Assembly (NCBI GenBank): GCA_965222115.1
Contig: CBDCTJ010000007.1
Span: forward strand, 1,120,001-1,184,000
Source: Planctomycetota bacterium
GTDB taxonomy: Bacteria > Planctomycetota > PLA2 > JAEUHO01
Direction: 5' to 3'
DNA length: 64,000 bases
The position numbers and the translations under genes were made by a program. Of this stretch, positions 55,650 to 64,000 are shown piece by piece. Position 1 is the first letter of the stretch, and each line of letters opens with the position of its first letter. The notes beneath the pieces are model-generated. The model saw nothing but the letters and a program-made list of their open reading frames with translations. It searched no databases and was not told where the DNA came from.

Positions 55650-57275
55650 GTGAGTTGGTTTTCTCGATCATCCGGGCACTTGATTGCTTCGCTGTGGAAG
55701 TATCGCTGGACCTATTTGGTCCCCATTGCCACGTTGCTGCTTCCGGCCACGATTTACGCCCTTCGCTTGCCACCCACGTATGACGCCGAGGCGTTTGTGC
55801 AGGTCACCGAGATGCGCGACGCCGATCGCCGCTCAGATGTCGTTGCCCACCGCTCCATGTCCGACAACAAGCTCGTTTCCTTGGCGCGTAACAAGATTCT
55901 CAAGACCGAGAACCTCAAGGCGCTCGTCCCGTGGTTGGCCCCGGAGGGTTCCGAAGACGACAAGAACCTCCTTCTCGAACTCGCGGAACGCGTGGAGTAC
56001 GACCGCCTGGGACCGCAACTCTTCAAGATCAAGATCACCGACGAGGATCCTTTGGTGGCCAAGAATGCGGTAAACGCGCTGGTGTACAAGTTCGCCGAAG
56101 GTGAGCGCGCCGGTCCTCTCGCCAAAGCCAAGAGTAGCGAAGAGTTCTTCCGCGAACAACGAGACGCCGCCAGCAAAGAAGCCGAGAGGGCTGGCAAGGC
56201 CGTCCACACGTTTCTAAAGTCACATCCCGATGTCCAGGAAGGTCAGCGCGAGTTTCTCGACAAACAGCTCCAGTCCACACAGACGCAGATCCAGAACCTG
56301 CTAACCCTCGCCAGCACGTACAAGGCACAAGAAGAAGAGTATCGGCGCAAACTCACGGGCGGGGAAGGGGCTGCGTCGAATCAAAAGACGCGCCCGGATT
56401 CAACGGAAGAGATTCGTCTCAAGGGACAGCTCAAGAACATTCAAGACGGCCTGGGCAAGGCCAAGTTCGAATTGGCGCGGACTTCGGCACGTTTTCCCGA
56501 GAAGAGTAGACGTGTGCGCATTGCACGCCAAGACTTGGAGCGCCTCGAGCGCGAAGAGGGCCGTATCGTTGGCAAGCTCGATGAAGAGCGAAAGCGCCAG
56601 GACAAACTTTGGAAAGCCAAGATCCGCCAGGAGAGTACGGGGAGCCGAAACGCTTTGGAAAAGCAGCTTGCACGAGCGGAGAAGGACTTCGAGAACACCC
56701 AGGCGGATCTCATCGTCCTTCGCGAACGGGCGGCATCGCTTCGCAAACGCGTCATTGCCATCCCGACCTTGGCGCTCAAGCTGAATCCACTCAAGGCCGA
56801 GTTTGCCCTCAAGCAGAAAGACCTCGTCGAAGTTACGCAGAAGCACTTGGCGGCTCTGCAGGACCTCAAATACTACAAAGAGGCCAAGTCCGACTTCGTT
56901 ACGCCGTATACCGTGACCCAAGAAGCCGTAGCGCCGGCCAAGCCCAGCGGACCGTCGCGTATGAAGTATCTGCTTTCGGCGTTGGTCCTTGGTGGACTCT
57001 TGGGCTACGGCATCATGCTGCTGCGCCGCAAGTTTGACGAGGGATCGGATGTTACCCCCGACGACATTGCTGGGCTGCTTCCGGGCGCATTGGTTGTATC
57101 CGTGCCGCGCCTCGGTAGCGCGCCAAGGCGCAAGTCGGGTGGGTTGATGCTCGACGTGGTCTGCGCCACGTGGGTGGGCGCGTTGATGGGCATCACCGTG
57201 CTTGCCATCGCCGTCCACAAACACTTGATTGATGGCCCACCCTTTATTCGATCGCTGATTGGAATGGATGTATGA
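55650..57275 (+). CDS. Polysaccharide co-polymerase / chain-length determinant (Wzc N-terminal, GumC-like)
   Basis: N-terminal TM plus P.Y.A, long coiled coil, PAKPSGP followed by TM. Confidence 0.85.
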   Translation: MSWFSRSSGHLIASLWKYRWTYLVPIATLLLPATIYALRLPPTYDAEAFVQVTEMRDADRRSDVVAHRSMSDNKLVSLARNKILKTENLKALVPWLAPEGSEDDKNLLLELAERVEYDRLGPQLFKIKITDEDPLVAKNAVNALVYKFAEGERAGPLAKAKSSEEFFREQRDAASKEAERAGKAVHTFLKSHPDVQEGQREFLDKQLQSTQTQIQNLLTLASTYKAQEEEYRRKLTGGEGAASNQKTRPDSTEEIRLKGQLKNIQDGLGKAKFELARTSARFPEKSRRVRIARQDLERLEREEGRIVGKLDEERKRQDKLWKAKIRQESTGSRNALEKQLARAEKDFENTQADLIVLRERAASLRKRVIAIPTLALKLNPLKAEFALKQKDLVEVTQKHLAALQDLKYYKEAKSDFVTPYTVTQEAVAPAKPSGPSRMKYLLSALVLGGLLGYGIMLLRRKFDEGSDVTPDDIAGLLPGALVVSVPRLGSAPRRKSGGLMLDVVCATWVGALMGITVLAIAVHKHLIDGPPFIRSLIGMDV

Positions 57276-58039
57276 GCAACGTCTACGATCACCCATCGGG
57301 TCCCCAATCGCCCGCCAACACGGCGCTGGCGCCGCTTGGTAATGGCGGCGGACTGCTCGCGCTGCAGGAAGACAGAGAGCGATTCGTTCAAGTCAATGAC
57401 CCGGACCGTTTTTCGACGGATGGCTACTTGCGATTGACGGCACACATTCTCATGCAGAGTCAGCGCCAGCAGTTTCGAACCATTGGCGTGATTAGCTCAC
57501 GCGATGGCGAGGGGCGCTCAGCGGCGGCCGCCAATCTGAGCGTGTGTTTGGCGCGCGCGCGCGGACGCACCGGCAACGTGCTTTTGGTAGATGGTGACGC
57601 ACGGCGTCGCACATTGAGTCGCCTCTTGTGTGGTCGTCATGAGCAAAACCGGACCGACGTCTATTACGAGGATCCGGGCGATACGGCCAAGCATCCTGAG
57701 ATCTTTACAACATCATTTCCCGGTCTCGACATTATGACGGCGCCGGAAGCGGCGGATGCGCTGACGATTCATGATCCCGCGGCCTGGGCGCATACGTTTC
57801 ATGAGCTGAAGTTTAAATATGCCCAAATCGTCATCGATTGTCCGTCCATCCTCGACAACCCCGAGGGTATGGTCCTGCGAGACTGCGTAGAGGAACTCGT
57901 GCTCGTTGTTGAGTCCGGGCAGACCTCAAAGAAAACCATCGAACGCGCCCTTGGTGGTGTTCGGCGTCGCGTCATCGGAGTCATTCTCAACGGTGGTGTG
58001 AAGCGACGGCAAGCCAAGAAAGCAACTTCGTCCCGATAG
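57272..58039 (+). CDS. CpsD/CapB-family tyrosine-kinase-like protein (Walker A Lys replaced by Arg)
   Basis: SSRDGEGRS, LLVDGD (Walker A'), IVIDCP (Walker B), GVILN. Confidence 0.82.
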   Translation: MSNVYDHPSGPQSPANTALAPLGNGGGLLALQEDRERFVQVNDPDRFSTDGYLRLTAHILMQSQRQQFRTIGVISSRDGEGRSAAAANLSVCLARARGRTGNVLLVDGDARRRTLSRLLCGRHEQNRTDVYYEDPGDTAKHPEIFTTSFPGLDIMTAPEAADALTIHDPAAWAHTFHELKFKYAQIVIDCPSILDNPEGMVLRDCVEELVLVVESGQTSKKTIERALGGVRRRVIGVILNGGVKRRQAKKATSSR

Positions 58040-58128
58040 CCGGGCCACGAAATATTCGATAAGAGTGCTAGCCCGGCGGCGCGTGCGTACGATCCTGCCG
58101 ATTCCCACCCCAGTAGTTTTCCACCCGA

Positions 58129-59571
58129 ATGACACCAGTTACTGCTGCTACCGCGACCGCTTCTGAGTCAGCGTCTTCGACGCGAGAGAGCGCGCGTGCC
58201 GTTTTCCGGGCAGCACCCATACCGCCGCAAGCACGTCCCATGTCCCCGGCACGTCCTTCCGCAGTCTTGATTCCACCTATAGTGGTGTATCTGGCGTCCA
58301 TCGGTGTTGTTGCACTCGTCCACGGCATACTCGTGTCTAAAGTGTCGGTGCTCACCGTGGCGCGCGCCATGTTCATTGTGGCGGTGACCATTCCGTCGCT
58401 CTACGTGGTCCGATCCATCATCGTGGGCCTTCGCGGTCAACGCTGGTGCGACGCGCTTTTACCCGCCGTTGCTGCCATCTTCATCGTGTTACTCGATCTG
58501 CTCATCCCAGGCTTCATGCTGAACTGGCCTACGGCTGCGCTCCTGTTCGTGCTGTCACTTTCGGCTGGACCGCTTACGCGCATTTGGCAACAGTGGTGGG
58601 TTCGACATCGTCCTGCCCGCGTAACACTGTTGGCATCCACCGAGTGGGGAGCCGATGAGGCCACGCGCCGGTTGGAACTCGTCCCCGGACTCGTCGTGAC
58701 CGGCGTCGTAATCCCCGGTTGCGATCCAGCATCGGCGCAACGCATCTTGCGACGACCCGTATCGGGCGATATCTCAGATCTATCCGAGGACATGGATATC
58801 GAGAAACGGCTCATCGTCTCCTGCCCATCCCGCGATACCAACGTCAACTCCACAATTGCCCGACTGGTGGCTCGCGGTCATACCATTAGTAGCGAATCGG
58901 CGGTCTTGCGCGCCGCGGAAGGGCGCATCGACACCGACTTAGCCAATCCTCTGAGCTTGCTCTTGGGCCGCCCCCGCCACTGGTTCAGCAATGCGGCCTC
59001 ACGCGTCATGGACGTGCTGTTGTCATTTGTAATGTTGATTGTGCTCGCGCCGCTTTTTGCCATCGTGGCGCTGGCGATATTGATCGAGGACGGTCGCCCC
59101 ATCTTCTACCACCAGCGTCGTACCGGCCTGCGCGGTAGGCTGTTTGATGTGATCAAGTTCCGCAGCATGTATCGGGATGCCGAAAGTCGTTCCGGTCCTG
59201 TGTGGGCGGCAGAGAATGATCCCCGCATCACCAACGTGGGGCGCCTGCTGCGCCGCACGCGTATCGACGAACTCCCCCAATTGTTCAACGTACTTGTTGG
59301 CCAAATGGCGCTCGTCGGTCCGCGTCCCGAGCGTCCTCATTTCTTCGACATCTTGCGCCGCGACGTACCACTCTTTGAACTGCGAACGATCGTGCGCCCC
59401 GGCATTACCGGCTGGGCACAAATCCGTGCGCCGTATGCGGCCGGCCCCGAAGACGCGCGCTACAAGCTCGAATACGATCTCTACTACGTGAACCGTCGCT
59501 CCCCTTGGTTTGACTTAGCTATCCTCTTCGAAACAGTGGGTGTTGCGTTCTCGGGCAGAGGCGCCCGCTAG
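58129..59571 (+). CDS. Polyprenyl-phosphate priming sugar transferase (Bac_transf)
   Basis: KFRSM, DPRIT.VG..LR..RIDELPQL.NV..G.M.LVGPRPE, RPGITGWAQ, D.YY. Confidence 0.93.
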   Translation: MTPVTAATATASESASSTRESARAVFRAAPIPPQARPMSPARPSAVLIPPIVVYLASIGVVALVHGILVSKVSVLTVARAMFIVAVTIPSLYVVRSIIVGLRGQRWCDALLPAVAAIFIVLLDLLIPGFMLNWPTAALLFVLSLSAGPLTRIWQQWWVRHRPARVTLLASTEWGADEATRRLELVPGLVVTGVVIPGCDPASAQRILRRPVSGDISDLSEDMDIEKRLIVSCPSRDTNVNSTIARLVARGHTISSESAVLRAAEGRIDTDLANPLSLLLGRPRHWFSNAASRVMDVLLSFVMLIVLAPLFAIVALAILIEDGRPIFYHQRRTGLRGRLFDVIKFRSMYRDAESRSGPVWAAENDPRITNVGRLLRRTRIDELPQLFNVLVGQMALVGPRPERPHFFDILRRDVPLFELRTIVRPGITGWAQIRAPYAAGPEDARYKLEYDLYYVNRRSPWFDLAILFETVGVAFSGRGAR

Positions 59572-59811
59572 CCCGGATGTTGCACGAACCAAGGTGAATC
59601 GCGCGGTTCTCGCTGGTCTTCGTCCCCAATCTCATTGCGGAGAACCGCTCAGCGATGCTTTTGGCATCGCCTCGGAACCACCGCTTCGAGCTTAGACCCG
59701 AATCCTCACCGAGAACACCTTGTCATTCCTCGTTCGCATGGAGTTCGATCACAAGTCGCCAGGCGACAACTCCTTGCGTTGCCCGGACGCGCGCTTCGTG
59801 CAACATCCGGG
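59572..59811. mobile_element. 240-bp MITE with 17-bp perfect terminal inverted repeats, flanked by CTAG
   Basis: CCCGGATGTTGCACGAA (59572-59588) and TTCGTGCAACATCCGGG (59795-59811), CTAG at 59568-59571 and 59812-59815, internal hairpins, no transposase. Confidence 0.8.
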
Positions 59812-59955
59812 CTAGGTGGCGAGACATCAAGGGTTGATCTCCGCGGACGTGGTGAATGCGCCAACGGCGCGGGCTCTCCTCGGATCTTGAAACGACGTGT
59901 GGAGAGGGACAAAGACTGTCAACTCAAGGGGAAGATGCGCGGTACAGGGTCCGAA

Positions 59956-60663
59956 TTATGAGGTTCTTGATGCGTTCACACTGGGCACCTTGCGAGCAAG
60001 CGTCGCCTGCTGCATGAAGAGGCGGGAGAGTCCCATCCAGCGTAGCACCCGCTCAATCACACCCATTCCAGGGAGGGTGACCGGAAGCGGCATGTAGCGC
60101 TTTGCGGTCACGACCTCAAATCCCGCCTTCTCCAGGTGAGCTCGGGTCCTGGCCAGCGTCCACCGGTTGGGTAGCCATCGAGGATCGAAGTGACCCCGCC
60201 ATACCCCCAAGCGCAGCCCCATCGGTGTTGGGTCCGCGACGATGATGTGTCCGCCGGGCACAATCACGCTATGACAGGCAGCGAGTGCTGCGCGAGCGTC
60301 AGGGATGTGCTTGAGGGTCGCGACGATCGTAACCGCATCGAAGTGTTCACGCTCAAACGTCATTTCTTCCACCCGACTACACACGACGTTTAGGCCCTGT
60401 TCGCGAGCCACCTCAACGAGGTCCTCACTCGCTTCGAGCCCCGTCAGGGAAATGCCTCGGAACGCATCGCGGAAGACGTGGAGCATTGTTCCGTCGGCTG
60501 TGCCAACGTCGAGGAGACATGCGCCGAATTTTCGCGGCGGTTGCGCCGCGAACCCCTGGCGTAGATACGCGATCACCGTTTCCGCGCGGCGGCGGAATCC
60601 ATCTCGAAAGATCCGCGAGGTCTTTCGCATTTCGTGATAGCGGTCAAAGTCTTTAGCAGTCAT
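59956..60663 (-). CDS. Class I SAM-dependent methyltransferase
   Basis: LLDVGTADG, FDAV...LKHIPD...PGG, and GGAGG RBS before MTAKDF. Confidence 0.85.
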   Translation of the reverse strand: MTAKDFDRYHEMRKTSRIFRDGFRRRAETVIAYLRQGFAAQPPRKFGACLLDVGTADGTMLHVFRDAFRGISLTGLEASEDLVEVAREQGLNVVCSRVEEMTFEREHFDAVTIVATLKHIPDARAALAACHSVIVPGGHIIVADPTPMGLRLGVWRGHFDPRWLPNRWTLARTRAHLEKAGFEVVTAKRYMPLPVTLPGMGVIERVLRWMGLSRLFMQQATLARKVPSVNASRTS

Positions 60664-60814
60664 GACCCTCCAGTCGACAAAATCCTCGCTACGCGAAAGA
60701 GCCATGTGCTCGCGAACTCGCAAGAGTGTCCCATGCGCTAGGGCAAGGTCTCTTCGAATGCCTGGGACCCCCACATCAGAGGACGATCAACAGCGGTTGT
60801 GGACTAGTACATGC

Positions 60815-62227
60815 TCACACTACGTGGGTTTTCCAGGTGCCGCGGGCGAACCAGTAGATGACGAAGGACGCGCGGACGATGGCGGTGAGGCAGATGACCC
60901 ACCAGAGGGCGGTGACGTTGCCCGGCCAGTGGGTGACGGCCCACCAGGCGAGTGGAATGCGCAAGAGTGAGAACGCGACGCGAATGACCATGGGCGGCAG
61001 CGTGAGGCCCGCCCCGCCAAATGCACCGCCGAGGGTGAGTTCGAAGGCCTGCGGGACCATGCAAAACGACACCGTGAAGATATAGGACGTGGCAAGTAGG
61101 AGCGTTTCGGCGTCGATGGTGCCGGCTTCATTGCGAGGCGCGAAAACGTTAGCGATCCACTCCGGTCGAAACACCATCACGATCGACCATATGAATGTAA
61201 CAAGTCCGCACTGCCGCGCGCAGCGCCATGCCGCAAGGTTGGCGCCCGTTACGTCGCCGGCACCCAGGTGGCGCCCCACAAGCGATGCCGCAGCTGCAGA
61301 CCAACCTATGCCCAGCACATACGCCACACCTTCGCCCGTATGACCAATTCCTAATGCCGCTTGTGCCGGTGGGCCGCCCGCGAACTCCGCCGCGTTCAAT
61401 ATGACCAGATACACGATGTTGAAGCACATTCCCGCGATGGCAGTTGGTAGGCCTACGCGTGTCATGCGACCAAGCACTGCGAGATCGAGTCCCCACGGCC
61501 CCATTCGATCCACGAACGTACCCTCGTGAAAGCGCAAGTCGTCCGTTGACGGCTTCGACCCGCGAATCCAACCGCGTCGCCAAAGTGTAGTAACAATGAG
61601 CAACGCGCCCACGACATTGGCCACAACCGTTGCCCACGCCGCGCCCGCCACACCCAGTGCAGGAATGGGTCCCGCACCGAGAATCAACAGTGGGTCAAGC
61701 ACCGCGTTGATACACAGCGATACACACGCAAAGAGAAACGGCGTCTTTGTGTCGCCCTTGCCGCGAAAGATGCCGTCGCCCGCGATGTGAAGCAGAACCA
61801 ACGTCCCGCTAGTCCAGTAGATGCGTGCATACGGAAGTCCGTGCGCGCGCACCGCGTCGGTCGCATTGGCGCCATCAAAGAACAGCGGAACCAGCCACCA
61901 GCCAATCAGCGCCGACAACACGCCCACCACAAGTGCCCAGCGGAGTCCTTGACCAGCCACATACGCAGCGGCGTCCATGCGTTTCGCGCCGTCGTAGCGT
62001 CCCACCAGCGACGTCACGCCAATCCCAATGAGAAATCCCAGCCCTGTGAAGATCCACACTGATATGGAGCTCACGGTAATGCTGGCCACCGCGTCGGTAC
62101 CCACTTCGCGAATGAAGTAACCGTCTACTGCGCGGTGTACGAGCTGCAACACCGCGCTTCCCACGGCGGGTAACGCCAAGCGAATGATGTCGCGATGGCC
62201 GGTGCGCAGCGCGGCTTGTTGCGTCAT
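60815..62227 (-). CDS. MATE-family efflux transporter
   Basis: IIRLALP, FRGKGDTKTP, LDPLLI, GVAGAAWAT, about 12 TM helices. Confidence 0.92.
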   Translation of the reverse strand: MTQQAALRTGHRDIIRLALPAVGSAVLQLVHRAVDGYFIREVGTDAVASITVSSISVWIFTGLGFLIGIGVTSLVGRYDGAKRMDAAAYVAGQGLRWALVVGVLSALIGWWLVPLFFDGANATDAVRAHGLPYARIYWTSGTLVLLHIAGDGIFRGKGDTKTPFLFACVSLCINAVLDPLLILGAGPIPALGVAGAAWATVVANVVGALLIVTTLWRRGWIRGSKPSTDDLRFHEGTFVDRMGPWGLDLAVLGRMTRVGLPTAIAGMCFNIVYLVILNAAEFAGGPPAQAALGIGHTGEGVAYVLGIGWSAAAASLVGRHLGAGDVTGANLAAWRCARQCGLVTFIWSIVMVFRPEWIANVFAPRNEAGTIDAETLLLATSYIFTVSFCMVPQAFELTLGGAFGGAGLTLPPMVIRVAFSLLRIPLAWWAVTHWPGNVTALWWVICLTAIVRASFVIYWFARGTWKTHVV

Positions 62228-62239
62228 CCCGTGCTCGAT

Positions 62240-63025
62240 CTACGCGGCTGAGGCTGTGTTGCCGTCATCGCCACGTGCGAACAACGCGCCAAGCGTTGTT
62301 GTGGCGAGCAAAGCACACAGAATCGACCACCCATAGACGGGCCACGTTGTTGCCGTGCCCACCACCGGATCGGCGCCCACCAATTTGTCGTGTAGCGAAG
62401 GCGCGAGTCCGGCGGCCACCGCTGCGGCAAGGAAGAGCGCGTTCGTGATGCGCCGCGACGTTGTTTCGCGCTTCGTGGCGTCGAGCATGAGCGGCGGTAG
62501 ACCAATCCACGCACACGCCACCGCCGGCAACATGGCGCCATGCACCGCAAGCGCCACGGCGCCAATGCACGCTGCGAGTCCCCGAAGGCGTGATACCGCA
62601 TTGTCGTGGCCCGGCGTTTGGAGTTTGGCGGTGTACCACGCATCCAGCAGCGCCAAGGCACCTAACGGGGCAAAGATGGGCACCCACACCTCGCGCAACT
62701 GACCACCGGGAATCCAAGGGTGATCCGTGGCCAACAGAAACGTCATAGCCGCTGCGATCAAGAATGCGCCGAAGGCTTCGCCCACTTGTAGTGCGCGTGC
62801 ACGCCGTGCCCACCAACACGTGAGCGCCAATGCAATCAACGCCACGAGCGAGAGTGCCGCGGGTGCGCCCGTGCGCATCGCACCGGTTTGATCGACCAAC
62901 TTGTCGCCCACCATGGCTTCGACCCACTGCGGAAGTACCCAGAGGCCTGCCAACAAGACAATCAGGGCCACGCGAATGCGGCCGCGCGCGTGTTGGGCAA
63001 TCTGGGCGGGTGACTGAACGGCCAT
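62240..63025 (-). CDS. Hypothetical multi-pass membrane protein
   Basis: About seven hydrophobic segments, in an operon with the MATE gene. Confidence 0.65.
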   Translation of the reverse strand: MAVQSPAQIAQHARGRIRVALIVLLAGLWVLPQWVEAMVGDKLVDQTGAMRTGAPAALSLVALIALALTCWWARRARALQVGEAFGAFLIAAAMTFLLATDHPWIPGGQLREVWVPIFAPLGALALLDAWYTAKLQTPGHDNAVSRLRGLAACIGAVALAVHGAMLPAVACAWIGLPPLMLDATKRETTSRRITNALFLAAAVAAGLAPSLHDKLVGADPVVGTATTWPVYGWSILCALLATTTLGALFARGDDGNTASAA

Positions 63026-63086
63026 CGCGCACCATGGTCACTCACGGAACAGAAAAGCAAACAACTCCCCTGCCCGCGCGGCCTGA

Positions 63087-63962
63087 TTAACCCGTGGCCC
63101 GATTAACTCGTGGCAAGGTCCCCGCGACCGGCGCGATGGGTTCGTCGCTCGATTCCTTTCGAAAGCTCGCCAGCACCATCAACAGGCTGAGCCCAAGCAC
63201 GGTCCATGAAAGTGCCGCTGTCCCGCGACCGAATGGCCCCAGGGTGTCGATTTGTGGTTGCACAATTCGAAATCCGTGGCGTAGCGCGATGACCTGAAGG
63301 ATGGCGAGCGCCAAGAGGAGCATGGCGCACGCGCGGCGCGCCCCGGCACAAGAACGAGCGAGTTGCGCACCCGATGCGCTCACCGCCAGTAAGAGAAATG
63401 GCACCAGGAACTCGCCGCCCTGCCCGCCATCTCGCACGATGAGTTGCGAGGGTGCCATGAGCACCATCAAACACAAGCACAACCGAACGCCGCGCAAGAA
63501 GTTGGGTCGCAGCGGCTCCTCTTCGGCGCCCAGATTGCGCAACGCTTCCCAGACCGACAAACTCCCCAACAACACAAGCAACGCACACGCGATCACAAGT
63601 CCCATGCTATGCATCTCGCGATCCAGCCAAATCACACCCGCGGCATAGAACGCAATGAACGCATCGATGCCGGCCAGCAGCGCGCGCAGACCTCGAAGCC
63701 GCCGCGAGAGTGCCGCCGCGGCCGGCAATAGCACCAGCAAAAGGAGCGTGGGCACCAACACGTGGGCCTGACGAAACATCGGCGTGGCGGCGTCGGTTTG
63801 GTTGCTCGGTTCTAAAAGCGTGCCACTTGGGAGCACACAGCCGACCCACAAAAACGTTCCCGCCGCGGCTAAGGCGTAGGCCAACGCGGCAAAGGTCTTG
63901 GAGGGGGCGCATCGAACATCCACGGATCTCAGCGTATCTCCAACTGAACCACGCCGTAGCAA
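63087..63962 (-). CDS. Hypothetical multi-pass membrane protein (start uncertain)
   Basis: About eight hydrophobic segments. Confidence 0.6.
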   Translation of the reverse strand: MLRRGSVGDTLRSVDVRCAPSKTFAALAYALAAAGTFLWVGCVLPSGTLLEPSNQTDAATPMFRQAHVLVPTLLLLVLLPAAAALSRRLRGLRALLAGIDAFIAFYAAGVIWLDREMHSMGLVIACALLVLLGSLSVWEALRNLGAEEEPLRPNFLRGVRLCLCLMVLMAPSQLIVRDGGQGGEFLVPFLLLAVSASGAQLARSCAGARRACAMLLLALAILQVIALRHGFRIVQPQIDTLGPFGRGTAALSWTVLGLSLLMVLASFRKESSDEPIAPVAGTLPRVNRATG

Positions 63963-64000
63963 ACGGAACTCAAACGAGACGACGAAATCGGCGTGCCCGT

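Noticed and set aside
1-64000. CRISPR arrays, tRNA/rRNA genes, transposases, prophage
   Set aside because: No regularly spaced repeats, cloverleaf or rRNA signatures, or DDE/integrase/phage motifs seen by eye; a covariance-model scan would be needed to exclude small RNAs.

Overview
A GC-rich bacterial chromosome segment, most likely from a Planctomycetota member (inferred from a BBP7-type beta-barrel, a YdjY-domain protein, mcsA-mcsB-clpC without ctsR, and Pro/Cys-rich secreted proteins). The left part (1-27 kb) is housekeeping and signalling: a BNR beta-propeller plus MoaD/ThiS ubiquitin-like gene, dGTPase, dtd, a degenerate histidine kinase, a VIT-vWA protein with an OmpR-type two-component system, PAP2, a NAT-like enzyme, a six-gene operon (YdjY, ino1, thiE, a tandem secretin-like protein), clpC/mcsB/mcsA, murD, a PEGA protein, and a DUF3179 gene split by an in-frame TGA that looks like selenocysteine with a SECIS hairpin. 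About 27.2-60.7 kb is a large Wzx/Wzy-type surface polysaccharide locus. It holds several glycosyltransferases, two deacetylases, three paralogous CapK/PaaK-like adenylating enzymes, a GT4-GNAT fusion, a secreted beta-helix protein, Wza/Wzc/Wzx/Wzy-like proteins, and a BY-kinase whose Walker A Lys is replaced by Arg. A 240-bp MITE with 17-bp terminal inverted repeats between CTAG sites, two related fragments, and an orphan antitoxin with a decayed toxin remnant are also present. No rRNA, tRNA, CRISPR array or transposase was recognised. All family calls come from motif recognition by eye, not database searches.
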